DNA from: an uncultured Phycisphaerales bacterium
GTDB lineage: Bacteria > Planctomycetota > Phycisphaerae > Tepidisphaerales > Tepidisphaeraceae
NCBI GenBank assembly: GCA_963758525.1
Contig: CAVWVQ010000003.1
Span: 672,001 to 736,000, forward strand
DNA length: 64,000 nt
Direction: 5' to 3'
The stretch's first letter is position 1. Each line of letters begins with the position of its first letter. A program made the translations under genes and the position numbers. Shown here piece after piece: positions 20,473 through 31,386 of this stretch. The notes below the pieces were generated by a model. It ran no database searches, was not told where the DNA came from, and saw only the letters and a program-made list of their open reading frames with translations.

Positions 20473-21513
20473 ATGTGGACAATCAAATATCGCTTTACGG
20501 CGGCGGCCACTTTCGCATTAGCGACCTTCATCTCTTCGGCCGCGTCCGGAGTTGAGATGCGAAGTCTGTTCGGCTCATCAACGCCTCCGCGGCCGAGGGC
20601 CTATAAAACGATCGCCGCCGTTGAACTCAAGCTCTACTTCTTCACACCGCCCGACTGGAAGCCCGCTGATCATCGATCGGCTGTCGTGTGCATTCACGGC
20701 GGCGGCTGGACTTCGGGAACGGCTGATACGTTCTTCCCTCATGCACGCTACTTCGCCTCGCGCGGCGCGGTCGGGTTCAGCATCGAATACCGGCTGGTCA
20801 AGGCGGATGGTCCGGTCGTCGCGGACTGCCTGGCCGACTGCAAATCGGCTATTCGCTACATCCGCTCGCATGCGGCCGAGCTTGGGGTCGACCCGGATCG
20901 CATTGCCGTGCTCGGGGATTCAGCCGGAGGGCACCTGGCGGCAGCGCTCGGCACCATCGACGGATTCGATGATCCCGCCGACGACCTGTCCATCAGCGCC
21001 AAGCCAAACGCGATGGTCCTCTGCAACGCCATTTTTGATTTCAACCAGGACGGATTCATCAAAACCATCATCGGTGGAGCGGCTTTGGCGAAACATCCGG
21101 CTCCGGCGGCGACACAGCCTACGCCGCAACAGTCGGACCTGGCGCGTCAACTCTCACCGCTCTTCTCGGTGCGGCCGCACGATCCACCGGCGCTGGTGAT
21201 GCATGGCTTGGACGATCATGTGGTGTCGCCCAACCAATCGCGTCAGTTCGACGCTGCGATGAAAGCAGCTGGCAATCATTGTGAACTGATTTTGTTGGAA
21301 GGTTGCCGTCACGCGTTCATCGTTCCCAGGTATACCGCCCCGGAGAAAGTTGTCGTCGGCGCCATCCGATCGGCGGACATCTTCCTGGCCAGCCTCGGCT
21401 ACCTCGCCGGCGATCCCACCCTCGAGGTTTCCGAACCGCCTGCCTGGGTCATCAAGCAAAAGCCCGTCAAAGCGAACGAAGCAACTCCCGCTGCGACGCA
21501 ATCAACAAGGTGA
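20473..21513 (+). CDS. Secreted alpha/beta-hydrolase (HSL-like/BD-FAE-like carbohydrate esterase)
   Basis: Signal peptide; IHGGGW, GDSAGGHLA, HG.DD.VV, H.F motifs. Confidence 0.85.
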   Translation: MWTIKYRFTAAATFALATFISSAASGVEMRSLFGSSTPPRPRAYKTIAAVELKLYFFTPPDWKPADHRSAVVCIHGGGWTSGTADTFFPHARYFASRGAVGFSIEYRLVKADGPVVADCLADCKSAIRYIRSHAAELGVDPDRIAVLGDSAGGHLAAALGTIDGFDDPADDLSISAKPNAMVLCNAIFDFNQDGFIKTIIGGAALAKHPAPAATQPTPQQSDLARQLSPLFSVRPHDPPALVMHGLDDHVVSPNQSRQFDAAMKAAGNHCELILLEGCRHAFIVPRYTAPEKVVVGAIRSADIFLASLGYLAGDPTLEVSEPPAWVIKQKPVKANEATPAATQSTR

Positions 21514-21539
21514 TGACGGCAATCAACAAGGTGATGATG
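21498..21539 (+). repeat. 21-bp tandem duplication spanning the esterase stop codon
   Basis: GCAATCAACAAGGTGATGACG followed by GCAATCAACAAGGTGATGATG. Confidence 0.85.
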
Positions 21540-21561
21540 CAGCGGTATAGCGAGGCATACG

Positions 21562-24500
21562 ATGAAAATAAGAAACTTACTCTGTAAAGCGGCTGTCATC
21601 GCTGGCGTGTACACGGCGGGTGCTTTTCCGATCGCCCTGCATGGGGCTGAGGAAGTACCGCTTCCGGCAACACCGCCGCAGGATCAGGGGCTCCCCTACA
21701 CGCGCACTGCCCGCGCCAGAGCATTGGAAAATATTCGCAATTGCCTGGTGGTTTTCCCCGGCAGTCGATATGCCTATGTCAACGGCCTGGAGGTTCGCCT
21801 CGACGAGAAGAACTGGCATGACGAGGCGCTGGCGAAGGATGGAACTGTTTTCGTTCCGCAGAGCGCGGTCTCGCTGGTGGAGTTGGCAGACGTCAAGGCG
21901 GGCCCTGCTCCTTCCTACCTTGCCGACCGGTGGATCTACACGCTGTTGCGACCTGCCGTCCTCCTGCCCCGGGGTGTTGCGACGATTGACGTCGACGGCC
22001 GGCCTTACGTCGACTTGATCGCCTACGCCAGGGCATTGCGGATCAAGACGTATCAGCATGCGCGCGGGTTTGTCCTGATCGGCAGCGATCCGCCAACGCT
22101 CGAGAAGCTTTCGCCGCCCCTGCTCGATTCGATGGTCACGCTTTTCGACACGCCCGAGAAGTTTGCGGATCCGGACATCGCCACCAGATACATTCCCACT
22201 CTCATCAGGCAGGGGAAGTGGACCGACCATGTGAAGGTCACCGCCGAACAGCTCAAGATTCTCAACGGGCCGGAGACGAAGTGGCCGACGGCGCCGCAGT
22301 CGTCATACGACTTCACGGGATTCAATTACAAATTACTCGGCTCCAAAGTTCCGCCGCCGGGGGTCTATCCACGTGTTCTCTTCAGCCCCGAGGACGTGCC
22401 GATGCTGGCGGAGCGAATCAAGAGCAGTCGCACCGGCCAGATGGCGCTCATTGAGATGAAGTATCTCTTCGAGAAAAGCTGGTGGAATCCCAAGACCAGC
22501 GACGGAGTGATTTTCCAGAAGCTTGCCAGCGGGGACGTCGCGGGGCTGGAGTTTGACTCTCCGCCGAATATCTCCCCCACCGCCATTTCCAATTTGTTCA
22601 AGGGCCAAAAGCCTGGCATTTTCAATACACACATCCAATACAACCCTGAATGCCTGACGGCGATGGCGCTGTATTGCCTTCTGACCAATGACGACGTGCA
22701 TGGACGTCAGGCGGCCGCCGCAATCGCAAGCTTTTACAAGTTGCGCGAGCCGATCCTCGACGAGGTCAACCAGATCAGCGACACGGAGTTTGGAGGGGTT
22801 TATGTACGCCCCAATGGCGAGACAATCACCATGGCGGGCAACGGCGCCGTCACACACTGGCGTACGGTGCAAAACGTCATTTCGCACATGAATCTGGGCC
22901 TTTCTCTCGACTTTGGCGGCAAGTGGATGACGCCGGAAGAGAAGGACGTCATGCGCCGCGTCATCGTGAAGGCGACCTACGGCAAACGCCCGTATGGTCA
23001 GGACGGATCGATCCGTTTCCGCGATGTGAATTGGGTCGCCTGGGATCTGCCGCCGTTTCTCGCTGTGACGGCGATCGAAGGTCTGGAGGGATTCGACCGC
23101 GAGGCGTACGAGTCCGACTGCGCCACTGTCCGGGCGTTCTGTGATTGGGGAATCGACGAAAACGGCGTGATCTACGAGAGCAACGGGAAGACACCAGGAA
23201 GCCTGCAGTTTCAGACCCTCTCCATGATCACGCTCGCCCGTCGCGGTGAAAACCTTTTCGGTCATCCCCACTGGCGGAAGTTGCTGGAGGGCCAGATCGA
23301 GATGACCTCCCCCAGCGGCCGCGTGACGGTCAACAGCGGCACGCAATACGTTCCCTACAGCCGCCAATACTTCTCGCCGCAGATGATCGATGAATACAAG
23401 GCCTTCTTTCCCGACGAGCGCAACGCGGACTACCTGCTCGGCCGCGCCAAAATGTTTGTGGAAGAGGGCATGGACCAGGAGACGATGCGCGAGTGGTCGC
23501 TCTTTGACTTCTCACCCGACGAGTACCGGGCGAAGGTGGCCAGCATCCTACGGCTTCGCCTGCCGAGCCCGACCTATCCCGGCTTCGTCCATGGCATGCT
23601 CTACGACACCGACATCCAGCCCACAACACGTGCCGATCTGAAGCTGCCGCTCGACTTCAACGACCCTATCCATGGCGTCTTCTCCAGCTACAGCGACCAG
23701 ACTCCCAATGCGACGTGGATCAACATGATGGTGCGGCCCGATCATTACATTGGCGCCGGCCATCATCATTCCGATGCCGGCATGTTTCACTTCTCCGCGC
23801 TGGGTGTGGACTGGTTCACGCAAACGCAGTTCAGCGGGAATTACGAGGGGAAATACTACAACCTGGTGCAGGTGGACGGTCATTCCGAGCCAGAAGTGAT
23901 GCCGGGAGGAAACGCCTACCAGGCCGCCGCGACCTACCTCGGCGCCAACTCAAGTGCTAATGGAGCATTCGGCAGCGCGGATCTGACCGACTCCTACAGT
24001 TATCGCTGGCAGACCCAGCCGGCGCCGGTCTGGCCGCCCAATTCCAGCTCGATGGGATGGGAGATGGAGCCGTCCCCGCGCATCCTCGAGATGTTTGCCG
24101 GGACGGCGCATTACAAGATGCGCTTCTGGTGGGCCAACTACAACTACTCCAATTACATGGCCACCAGCCGCGCACCGTGGAATCCGATGCAGTATGTCTA
24201 TCGCAGAGTGGGACTCGTCCGCGGCAATCATCCCTACGGCGTGGTGATTGACGACCTGAAGAAGGACGACGCAACGCATCTGTACCAGTGGGTTGCCATG
24301 CTCAATGGCGGGGTCTGGCAGGCGAAGGTCGACGGACTTCCCGCAGGCCAGATCGCGCTGGCCTTCCGCGAGCAGGATCCGAAATCGAACGGAATGATCC
24401 GCGCGGGCGAGCCGCCGATCGTTCCCCAAAATGGCGAGCCGTTGCTGCTGGTTTGTGCGCTGGGCGCCGGCGCCGATGCTGGCGGTCATCTGCCGATCGA

Positions 24501-24780
24501 GGTCACCACAGAAACCGGCCCGCCGGACAAGAAGGGCGCTGAACAACTCTACGCCCGGCTGGCCATCAACCACTCGGGAGCCGACGTCCACTTTAAGGTG
24601 CTTCTGATTCCGTTCAGAGCCGGCGAAGTGCTTCCCAGTCTGTCGTGCGATGCGGGCGCAAGCAAAGCGACGCTTGCATGGTCTGATCAGAACGACGAGC
24701 TGAATTTTGCATCTGACGCCAAAGGGCCGTCCGGAATCAGCGTGAGCCGCGGAGGTCAGAGCGTGCTGACCTCGAAATGA
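21562..24780 (+). CDS. Heparinase II/III-like secreted protein, paralogue 2 (1072 aa, extra N-terminal domain)
   Basis: Signal peptide; PPPGVYPRVLF, NWVAW, IEGLEGFD, YESNGK, ARRGENL, GHHHSDAGMF, GLVRGNHPY..IDD.KKD. Confidence 0.7.
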   Translation: MKIRNLLCKAAVIAGVYTAGAFPIALHGAEEVPLPATPPQDQGLPYTRTARARALENIRNCLVVFPGSRYAYVNGLEVRLDEKNWHDEALAKDGTVFVPQSAVSLVELADVKAGPAPSYLADRWIYTLLRPAVLLPRGVATIDVDGRPYVDLIAYARALRIKTYQHARGFVLIGSDPPTLEKLSPPLLDSMVTLFDTPEKFADPDIATRYIPTLIRQGKWTDHVKVTAEQLKILNGPETKWPTAPQSSYDFTGFNYKLLGSKVPPPGVYPRVLFSPEDVPMLAERIKSSRTGQMALIEMKYLFEKSWWNPKTSDGVIFQKLASGDVAGLEFDSPPNISPTAISNLFKGQKPGIFNTHIQYNPECLTAMALYCLLTNDDVHGRQAAAAIASFYKLREPILDEVNQISDTEFGGVYVRPNGETITMAGNGAVTHWRTVQNVISHMNLGLSLDFGGKWMTPEEKDVMRRVIVKATYGKRPYGQDGSIRFRDVNWVAWDLPPFLAVTAIEGLEGFDREAYESDCATVRAFCDWGIDENGVIYESNGKTPGSLQFQTLSMITLARRGENLFGHPHWRKLLEGQIEMTSPSGRVTVNSGTQYVPYSRQYFSPQMIDEYKAFFPDERNADYLLGRAKMFVEEGMDQETMREWSLFDFSPDEYRAKVASILRLRLPSPTYPGFVHGMLYDTDIQPTTRADLKLPLDFNDPIHGVFSSYSDQTPNATWINMMVRPDHYIGAGHHHSDAGMFHFSALGVDWFTQTQFSGNYEGKYYNLVQVDGHSEPEVMPGGNAYQAAATYLGANSSANGAFGSADLTDSYSYRWQTQPAPVWPPNSSSMGWEMEPSPRILEMFAGTAHYKMRFWWANYNYSNYMATSRAPWNPMQYVYRRVGLVRGNHPYGVVIDDLKKDDATHLYQWVAMLNGGVWQAKVDGLPAGQIALAFREQDPKSNGMIRAGEPPIVPQNGEPLLLVCALGAGADAGGHLPIEVTTETGPPDKKGAEQLYARLAINHSGADVHFKVLLIPFRAGEVLPSLSCDAGASKATLAWSDQNDELNFASDAKGPSGISVSRGGQSVLTSK

Positions 24781-24838
24781 GCTGGCGGAAAACCCGCGGA
24801 GCGAGATGAGAATGCAGATGAGGAACGACCCTCGAGAC

Positions 24839-25073
24839 GTTCTTCCCCCCTCTCCCGATATCGCGGGAGCGGAATGACGATGCAGATACCCAACGATATT
24901 CGAGTGGTTCTTCCCCCCTCTCCCGGTACGCCGGGAGAGGGTTGGGGTGAGGGTGATTTTGAATATCGAACGATTGTCGAAATTCGGAAACAGGAAACCC
25001 CGGCGAATCGAACAACTTTCAACGCTCCAAATCACCCTCACCCCAACCCTCTCCCGGAGTACCAGGAGAGGGG
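24839..25073. repeat. CCCTCTCCC-family palindromic element (long inverted arms ~24915-24958 and ~25029-25073, plus a degenerate extra unit at ~24839-24869)
   Basis: CCCCTCTCCCGGTACGCCGGGAGAGGGTTGGGGTGAGGGTGATT ... AATCACCCTCACCCCAACCCTCTCCCGGAGTACCAGGAGAGGGG. Confidence 0.85.
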
Positions 25074-26846
25074 CAAAGCGCGCCGGCATCATGCGACTTT
25101 ATTGGCGAAGATTGCGATCGCCATGATGATGCTGATTGCAGCGCGCTCATCCGCCGCCGAGTATCAATTCTCCGTCCCCACCGGCCCGCGCGATAGCCGC
25201 GCATTTCTTTGGATTCCCCCGCAGTGCCAGCATGTGCGCGGAATTCTCCTTGCCAGCCAGGTGATTCTTGAAAAGCGCGTCTGCGATGATCCGATCATCC
25301 GCGACGCATGCGCGCGTGAAAACCTCGCGATCATCATTTTGTATCGCAGCCCCTTTGGTGAATTTCATTACCACCGCGATCTGCCGCGGGCAAAAGCCAT
25401 TGAGAAAATCCGCGAGCTGGCAGCGGATCAGAAGATCGACGTCCAAATTGCTGACAAGAAAAGCGGAGCATCGCCACCCGATGCAAATCACTCCGACATA
25501 TCCAACGGCGAAACAGCAGATCAGATTCTCCAACGCATTCTCGACCGACTCGCTGGCGAGTCCAGCTATTCCGAAATCTCCACCGCACCGCTGCTAACCC
25601 TCGGCCATTCCGGCGGCGCCATCTTCGCCTGGAACGTCGCCTACTGCTGGCCGCAACGTATTCTCGGTCTGATCGGGCTGCATTCAGCGGTGATTCTCCC
25701 GCCCCCCTGGGATCCCAAGGCAACACCGGCTGGATTCCCCGCGCTGTGCATCAGCGGGGAATACGAGAGTTGGGGTAATCCCAGCGAACCGCTCGACAAG
25801 CACTGGCGCTGGCTCCGCGGCGGAATCCTCAACATGCGCGGCTGCTACGACGCCCAGGCGTGCGAGGTGGTTCAGCCGGGCTGCACCCACTTTAATTGGG
25901 ACACTCCACTCGCACAGGTCACGGCGAAGTTCATCGAGAAGGCTGCCCGCTATCGCATTCCTGCCGACGCTCCGGGGAACGAGACCAACCCAACGCAGCC
26001 CGCGCCCTGAAAACGCTGCCGATGGATTCTGGATGGCTGACGGATGTCGAAATGATGTCTCCCAGCCACTACCCCCCCGCTCCTTACTCCCAGTTCAAGC
26101 ACGATCCATCGCTCGGCTTCTGGCACATGGATGAGGAGATGGCGCAGGCAATCGAGAATTTCCCCAACTCCTATGGCGGAACGAAGGATCAGCGCGTCAC
26201 GTTTGTGCAGGACGGAAAGCCGGTCCCCGCAAAGTGGATTGATGAGCTGAAGTTCGAGCCGATCGACGACGGGATGACCGTAAAGCTCGCGGCAGACTTT
26301 TTAACTGAGACGCCGCAGGGCGTCGCCGGCGCGGGCCAACTGCTCGGACACGCCCCCGGACCCATCAAATTTCGCCTCATCGGCGGCTGGGGAGGCGGCG
26401 GCGAGCAGACCGGACCGGATACGTTTCGGATCCGCTTCGACCACTTCGGTCTCTCGCAGGGCTGCTGCAATATGCAGGTGATGGCCTACCAGGAGGGGGA
26501 CGCCATCTATAAATACGCCGAGCAGCCGTGCCAGATTTCTTTTCCTGAGAAGAACGCCGCGGGGGCAAAACAGACAATCAGCTTTCCGCAGATCGGATCG
26601 GTCAAGTGCACCGAGTCAATGATCCACCTGGGGGCTACGTCAGACTCAAAACTTCCGGTTAACTATCTGGTTCGTTGCGGCCCGGTCGAAGTAGACGGTG
26701 AGAACCTCCGCCTTACGCCCATCCCTCCGCGCAGCAAGTTTCCGATCAAGGTGACGGTGGTGGCCTATCAATGGGGTCGGCCGATCCCGCCGCTGGTGCA
26801 GACCGCGACGCCGGTGGAGCAAACTTTTTCAATCGAGAAGCCATGA
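24874..26846 (+). CDS. Uncharacterised secreted hydrolase-like protein A (GHSGG elbow, C-terminal beta-rich domain); one frameshift at ~26005; start uncertain
   Basis: AFLWIPP, LGHSGG, then LKTLPMDSGWL ... KVTVVAYQWGR in the next frame; colinear with intact paralogue 27058-28677. Break is in a CCC run. Confidence 0.7.
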
Positions 26847-26914
26847 ACGAATCGGCAGGAATTCAATCGCCCCGCGCGACCCTCGTATCCTACCGGCATG
26901 ACAGCGCGCTCTTT

Positions 26915-27032
26915 CCCCCTCTCCCGGTACTCCGGGAGAGGGCAGGGGTGAGGGTGATTTCGGATACGAACGACTGTCGACATTCCGAATCACCCTCACC
27001 CCAACCCTCTCCCGGAGTACCGGGAGAGGGGG
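26915..27032. repeat. CCCTCTCCC-family palindromic element, second full copy
   Basis: CCCCCTCTCCCGGTACTCCGGGAGAGGGCAGGGGTGAGGGTGATT ... AATCACCCTCACCCCAACCCTCTCCCGGAGTACCGGGAGAGGGGG. Confidence 0.85.
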
Positions 27033-27057
27033 CAAGACCCCTATATTCCTTTGGTCC

Positions 27058-28677
27058 ATGGTGGCGCTGTTTTGCTGCCTGTGCGGCAGCGCCCAGGCTT
27101 TTTGGAATTCGGAATATCAATGGGGGATCGAAATTCCCAAGCCGGCCAACGATCCTCTCGTCTGGAACAAGACCGATGCATTTTTGTGGGTGCCTCCCAA
27201 GTCACAGCACATCCGGGCGGTGTTGCTCGCCCCCGCGAACATTATCGAGCGGCGGATCTGCGACGATCCCATCATCCGCGCGGAAGCGGAGAAGGACGAT
27301 CTCGCTCTGGTCTATTTCCAGGCGGGCTGGAAGAGCCCGATCATGGAAACGCCGCGACTGCTCGAGTTCGTGCAGTCGGTGCTCGATCAACTGGCGGTGA
27401 AATCGGGATACGACGAACTTCGAACCGTCCCCTGGATCACGATTGGCCACTCGGGAAACAGCCAGTTCTGTCAGGCGATGGCCCGCCAGAAACCGGAGCG
27501 AACGCTGGCGAATATCGTCATCAAAGGCGCCTTGCCGGGAGTGGCGAAGGACGGGAACACATCCGGGCTGGTCGGCGTGCCGATCCTTTTCGTGACCGGG
27601 CAGTTCGAGGAAGTGATGCCGCCCGGGAAAGTGCGGGACGCCTGGTGGGGGGTGCAGATGAAACGCTTTGCCGACGCCAAGGCGGCGGTTCCGCAGGCGC
27701 TGATCACCGGGATGGAAGATCGCAGCCATGGACATTTGAACTGGTTTCCCGACATGTCCCGTTTTGTGGCTCTGTACATCCACAAGGCAATGGCCGCTCG
27801 ACTGGGCGATTCCGATTTCACGACGCTCAAGACGGTTCCATTCGACAGCGGCTGGCTGAGCGATCCGGCCGAGGTGAACCCGCCGGCGCCGGTCAGGGAG
27901 TACAAGGGAAATCCGCAGCAGGCGTTCTGGCACTTCGACGAGGAGATGGCGCAGGCATGGCAGACGCTTTACGACCGTGATCGAGGCAAGAAGGAACAAC
28001 TGCTGGCCTTCACGCAGGACGGCAAAATCTCGCCCTGGTGGAACGGTTGGGCGCTGCAGTCGTATGAATTTCGTCCGCTGGCAGATGGCATTTCGTTCAC
28101 CGCCGATGCAACGTTTCGTGACCAGGTCCCGCAGCCCTTTGCCGATGCCGGCACAAAGCTTGGGCACTCCACGAGCGGTCCAATCCAGTTCCAGGTGCTC
28201 GGTTGGGCCGGGGCGACTGAGCAGACCGGGCCCAACCAATTCCGCGTCCGTTTCGATCGCGAAGGGGTGAATGGCCGCACGCTTCATGTGCTGCTTGGGG
28301 CGATTCATCCTGGTGACGCGGAGTACCGCGAGACGGTGGCGGTCGCATCATTCGATCTTCCCGGCGGCAACCATGAGGGGACGAAGCAGAAGCTCACATT
28401 CGCGCCGATTGCGGATGTTCCCGCGGGAACCACATCGGTGGCTCTGCATGCCAGTTCCGATTCGGGGCTGAAGGTCGATTACTACGTTTCGTATGGGCCG
28501 GCGGTGATTGAAGGCGACGCGATTCGCCTGATGCCGATTCCCGCCAGGGCGCGCTTTCCCATCGAGGTGAAAGTGACGGCTTATCAGTGGGGCCGCTCGA
28601 TGGCTCCGAAGATCGCGAGTTCGGATTTTGTGACGCAGACGTTTCACATTGTGAAAGCCGCTTCACCGGGGAAATGA
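27058..28677 (+). CDS. Uncharacterised secreted hydrolase-like protein B (paralogue of 24874-26846)
   Basis: Signal-like VALFCCLCGSAQA; AFLWVPP, IGHSGN, GQFEE, GHLNW, DSGWL, GP.QFR.RFD, KVTAYQWGR. Confidence 0.75.
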   Translation: MVALFCCLCGSAQAFWNSEYQWGIEIPKPANDPLVWNKTDAFLWVPPKSQHIRAVLLAPANIIERRICDDPIIRAEAEKDDLALVYFQAGWKSPIMETPRLLEFVQSVLDQLAVKSGYDELRTVPWITIGHSGNSQFCQAMARQKPERTLANIVIKGALPGVAKDGNTSGLVGVPILFVTGQFEEVMPPGKVRDAWWGVQMKRFADAKAAVPQALITGMEDRSHGHLNWFPDMSRFVALYIHKAMAARLGDSDFTTLKTVPFDSGWLSDPAEVNPPAPVREYKGNPQQAFWHFDEEMAQAWQTLYDRDRGKKEQLLAFTQDGKISPWWNGWALQSYEFRPLADGISFTADATFRDQVPQPFADAGTKLGHSTSGPIQFQVLGWAGATEQTGPNQFRVRFDREGVNGRTLHVLLGAIHPGDAEYRETVAVASFDLPGGNHEGTKQKLTFAPIADVPAGTTSVALHASSDSGLKVDYYVSYGPAVIEGDAIRLMPIPARARFPIEVKVTAYQWGRSMAPKIASSDFVTQTFHIVKAASPGK

Positions 28678-28709
28678 ATGTTCAACTTACACCGCCGCGA
28701 CGGATTGCT

Positions 28710-28735
28710 CCCTCTCCCGGATTACCGGGAGAGGG
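28710..28735. repeat. Solo hairpin of the CCCTCTCCC family
   Basis: CCCTCTCCCGG-ATTA-CCGGGAGAGGG, intergenic. Confidence 0.8.
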
Positions 28736-28783
28736 GGTGAGTCGCCGGAAATTTTAAGAGTGCCTCCTTACGGAAGATCATTC

Positions 28784-31295
28784 ATGACGAAGCTTGCTCT
28801 CGCATTCCTCACGTTGATGTGCACCGCGCCCTTGCTGGCCTCCGCCCGCGACGCACCGCTGCGCTGCCTCCCCGGCGAGCCGAGCGCGGACGATGTGCTG
28901 AACGGGAAATACCCGTTTCCGCCATCGCCGGCGGTTGAGGCGCATGATGACTACACCGGCTTTGTTAAAGATCGGCTGACGAAAGTTCCACCGCCAGGCG
29001 TCCATCCGCGCATTCTCATCGGCCCCGACGATCTGCCCGACTTGCGGAAGCGTCTGAAGGAAACGGAAACCGGCCGCACGCTTCTCTCCAATCTCCGCAG
29101 CCGAATGGACGCAGCCGTTCGCAATCCGAACTTCTGGGGAAGCGACCTGTACGCGAAGCTCGCCGCGGGGGATGCCGGTGGCGCGCAGCGACTCCTTAAC
29201 GAGCATCATGGAATGCCGGAACCCGTCGGTCACTACCAGCCGTTCATCGGATCCTGTCTGGAAATGGAGTCCTTCGACGCGCTGGTGAGCGAAGATGCCG
29301 AGAAGGGAAAACGCGCCGGCAAGGCGCTGGCGACGTTCTGCCGAATGATCCAGCCCGCGGTCGAGAATGCCTTGAGCCAACCGCTGGGGGATGATGTCTG
29401 GCGCGTAAAGGTGACCGGTCCGACCACGGGCGATTGGTCGTCCGATCAGGGTGTTCGCGAACTGGTCGGATATCACCTTCTCGGCTACGCCTACGACTTT
29501 GCCTACAACTTCATGAGCGATGAAGATCGCGCCGCTGCCCGGCATCTCATTGCCACGATCATCGCCGGCCATGTCTGGATGGGCGCGCGACTCCCCCACC
29601 ATTGGCGCAACTGGAACTGGATCATGGTGGGGATGGGTGAGCCGTTGCTCTCGCTGGCCATTGAAGGAGAAGAGGGCTACGACCCGCGCGTGTACAAGAT
29701 GGGCGTTCAAATCGCCCGCGACTATTGCACCTACGCCATTTCCCCCAGTGGCGCCTCGACCGAGGCGGTGGGGTATACGCAATTTGGTTTTGTCTGGGGA
29801 GCGCCATTCATGGTGGCCGCCGCACGGCGCGGGGACAACCTGCTGGTGCAGAGCCATCATCGCGCCATGATCGACTGGTATCTCCAGACGATGGAGCCGT
29901 ATGGCAAATTGTGGCAAAGCCATGGGGACGGCGGTGTCACCGGCCCCGCGGTCTGGACGATGGCAATGTGGAAGTATTTTTATCCTGGCGATCCCAAAGT
30001 CGACTACCTCTGGCAAAACGCGCTGCATGCCGAAGGCGTCGAGCAACTCAAGACGAAGATCCACCAGGTAGAGGCGATGATCTGGGCGTCCGATCCAGAC
30101 AAGGATGCCAGCGGTCAGCCGATCAATTACGAAAACGGCGCGAAGCTGAGTGCGCCGCTGACGTGGTTTGATCCGATCCGCAGTTCGCTGATTGCCCGCA
30201 GCGGATGGTCGCCGGACGCGGCGGCGTTGGAGTTTGAGTGCCGCACCGACTCGGTCGGTTCCAGCCATGAGCACGCCGACCGGGGAAATTTCACCTTCAC
30301 CGCGCTCGGCCGCGACTGGGCGCGGGAGAGCTTTCGATCCATCGAATCGCGCCATCACGACTGCGTGCTGATCGATGGACTAGGCCAGGGCTTTTGGGGC
30401 GGGCCGGGCAAATGGCTCGGACTGAAAGACACTGGTTGGGCGCTGGTGGCCGGATGCGATGCGAAAGACGCCTACGACTGGTGGTGGCCCAAGGAAATCA
30501 CAACGGAAGATCCGGCGACGTTCATTCGCTTCAAATTTCCCAGGTGGGAATCGTATCTTCCGCAGGCCGAGGCGTTTCGCAAACAGTACGCCGGCGTCCC
30601 ACTGGAGCGCGACCCCCGGCCGTCGGTCGTGGCCCATTTCAAGGGATTTGAGCAGGGCGATCCGCGCATGTGGGACGAGGATTCCTGGCCGGTGCGCCTG
30701 CCGCACAATCCGGTACAACGCGCATTTCGATCGCTGGCATTCGTGCGCGAAGGGGACCCGTATCTCGTCGTTGTCGATGACATTCAAAAGGACGATCGCG
30801 AGCATCTCTACGAATGGCTGATGCAGACTGGTCCCGACACCGAGATGGCAAGTATCAAAGACAATGACATCATCCTCTGCGATGCCACGGTGCCGCGGCC
30901 CCGATGGCGTCGCCAAGCCGAGAAAGGGCGACCGTGAACTGCTCGTCCGCATCCTGCAAATGACCGACGCCGACCCGGGAACAGCGTATCAGGCGAAGCC
31001 CTCGGTTCGCCTGGAAGCATTTGAAAAGAAAGACACGACGTCGCCCGACGGCCGCTCGTTTGGTCTGGACAAACGGCTGGTGATTCCAAGCCGTTGCCTC
31101 GCGCCCAACTTCAAGATTCTCCTCTTCCCATTGCATGCCGGCGATCCGCTGCCGACCACAGCCTGGGACCAGAGCAACACGCACCTGATTCTCACCACCA
31201 GCCAGCAGAAGGACGAGATGACCTTCACCACCAGTGACGGCCGGACGAATCTTTCGATCCAGCGAGAGGGCAAGGAACCGACGGCCTTGCCGTGA
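28784..31295 (+). CDS. Heparinase II/III-like secreted protein, paralogue 3; one frameshift at ~30898
   Basis: Signal peptide; PPPGVHPRILI, NWNWIM, IEGEEGYD, ARRGDNL, SHEHADRGNF, PVQRAFR, VDDIQKD; C-terminal piece (LLVRIL...RLVIPS...FKILLFP) matches the paralogues. Confidence 0.7.
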
Positions 31296-31386
31296 TGGAA
31301 TGGAAGTTGGTCATTGCCCCTCTTCCGGAGCACCGAGACCGCTTGTTGTATGAGAGAACGAGAACAAATAGGAGTTTAAAGACCAT

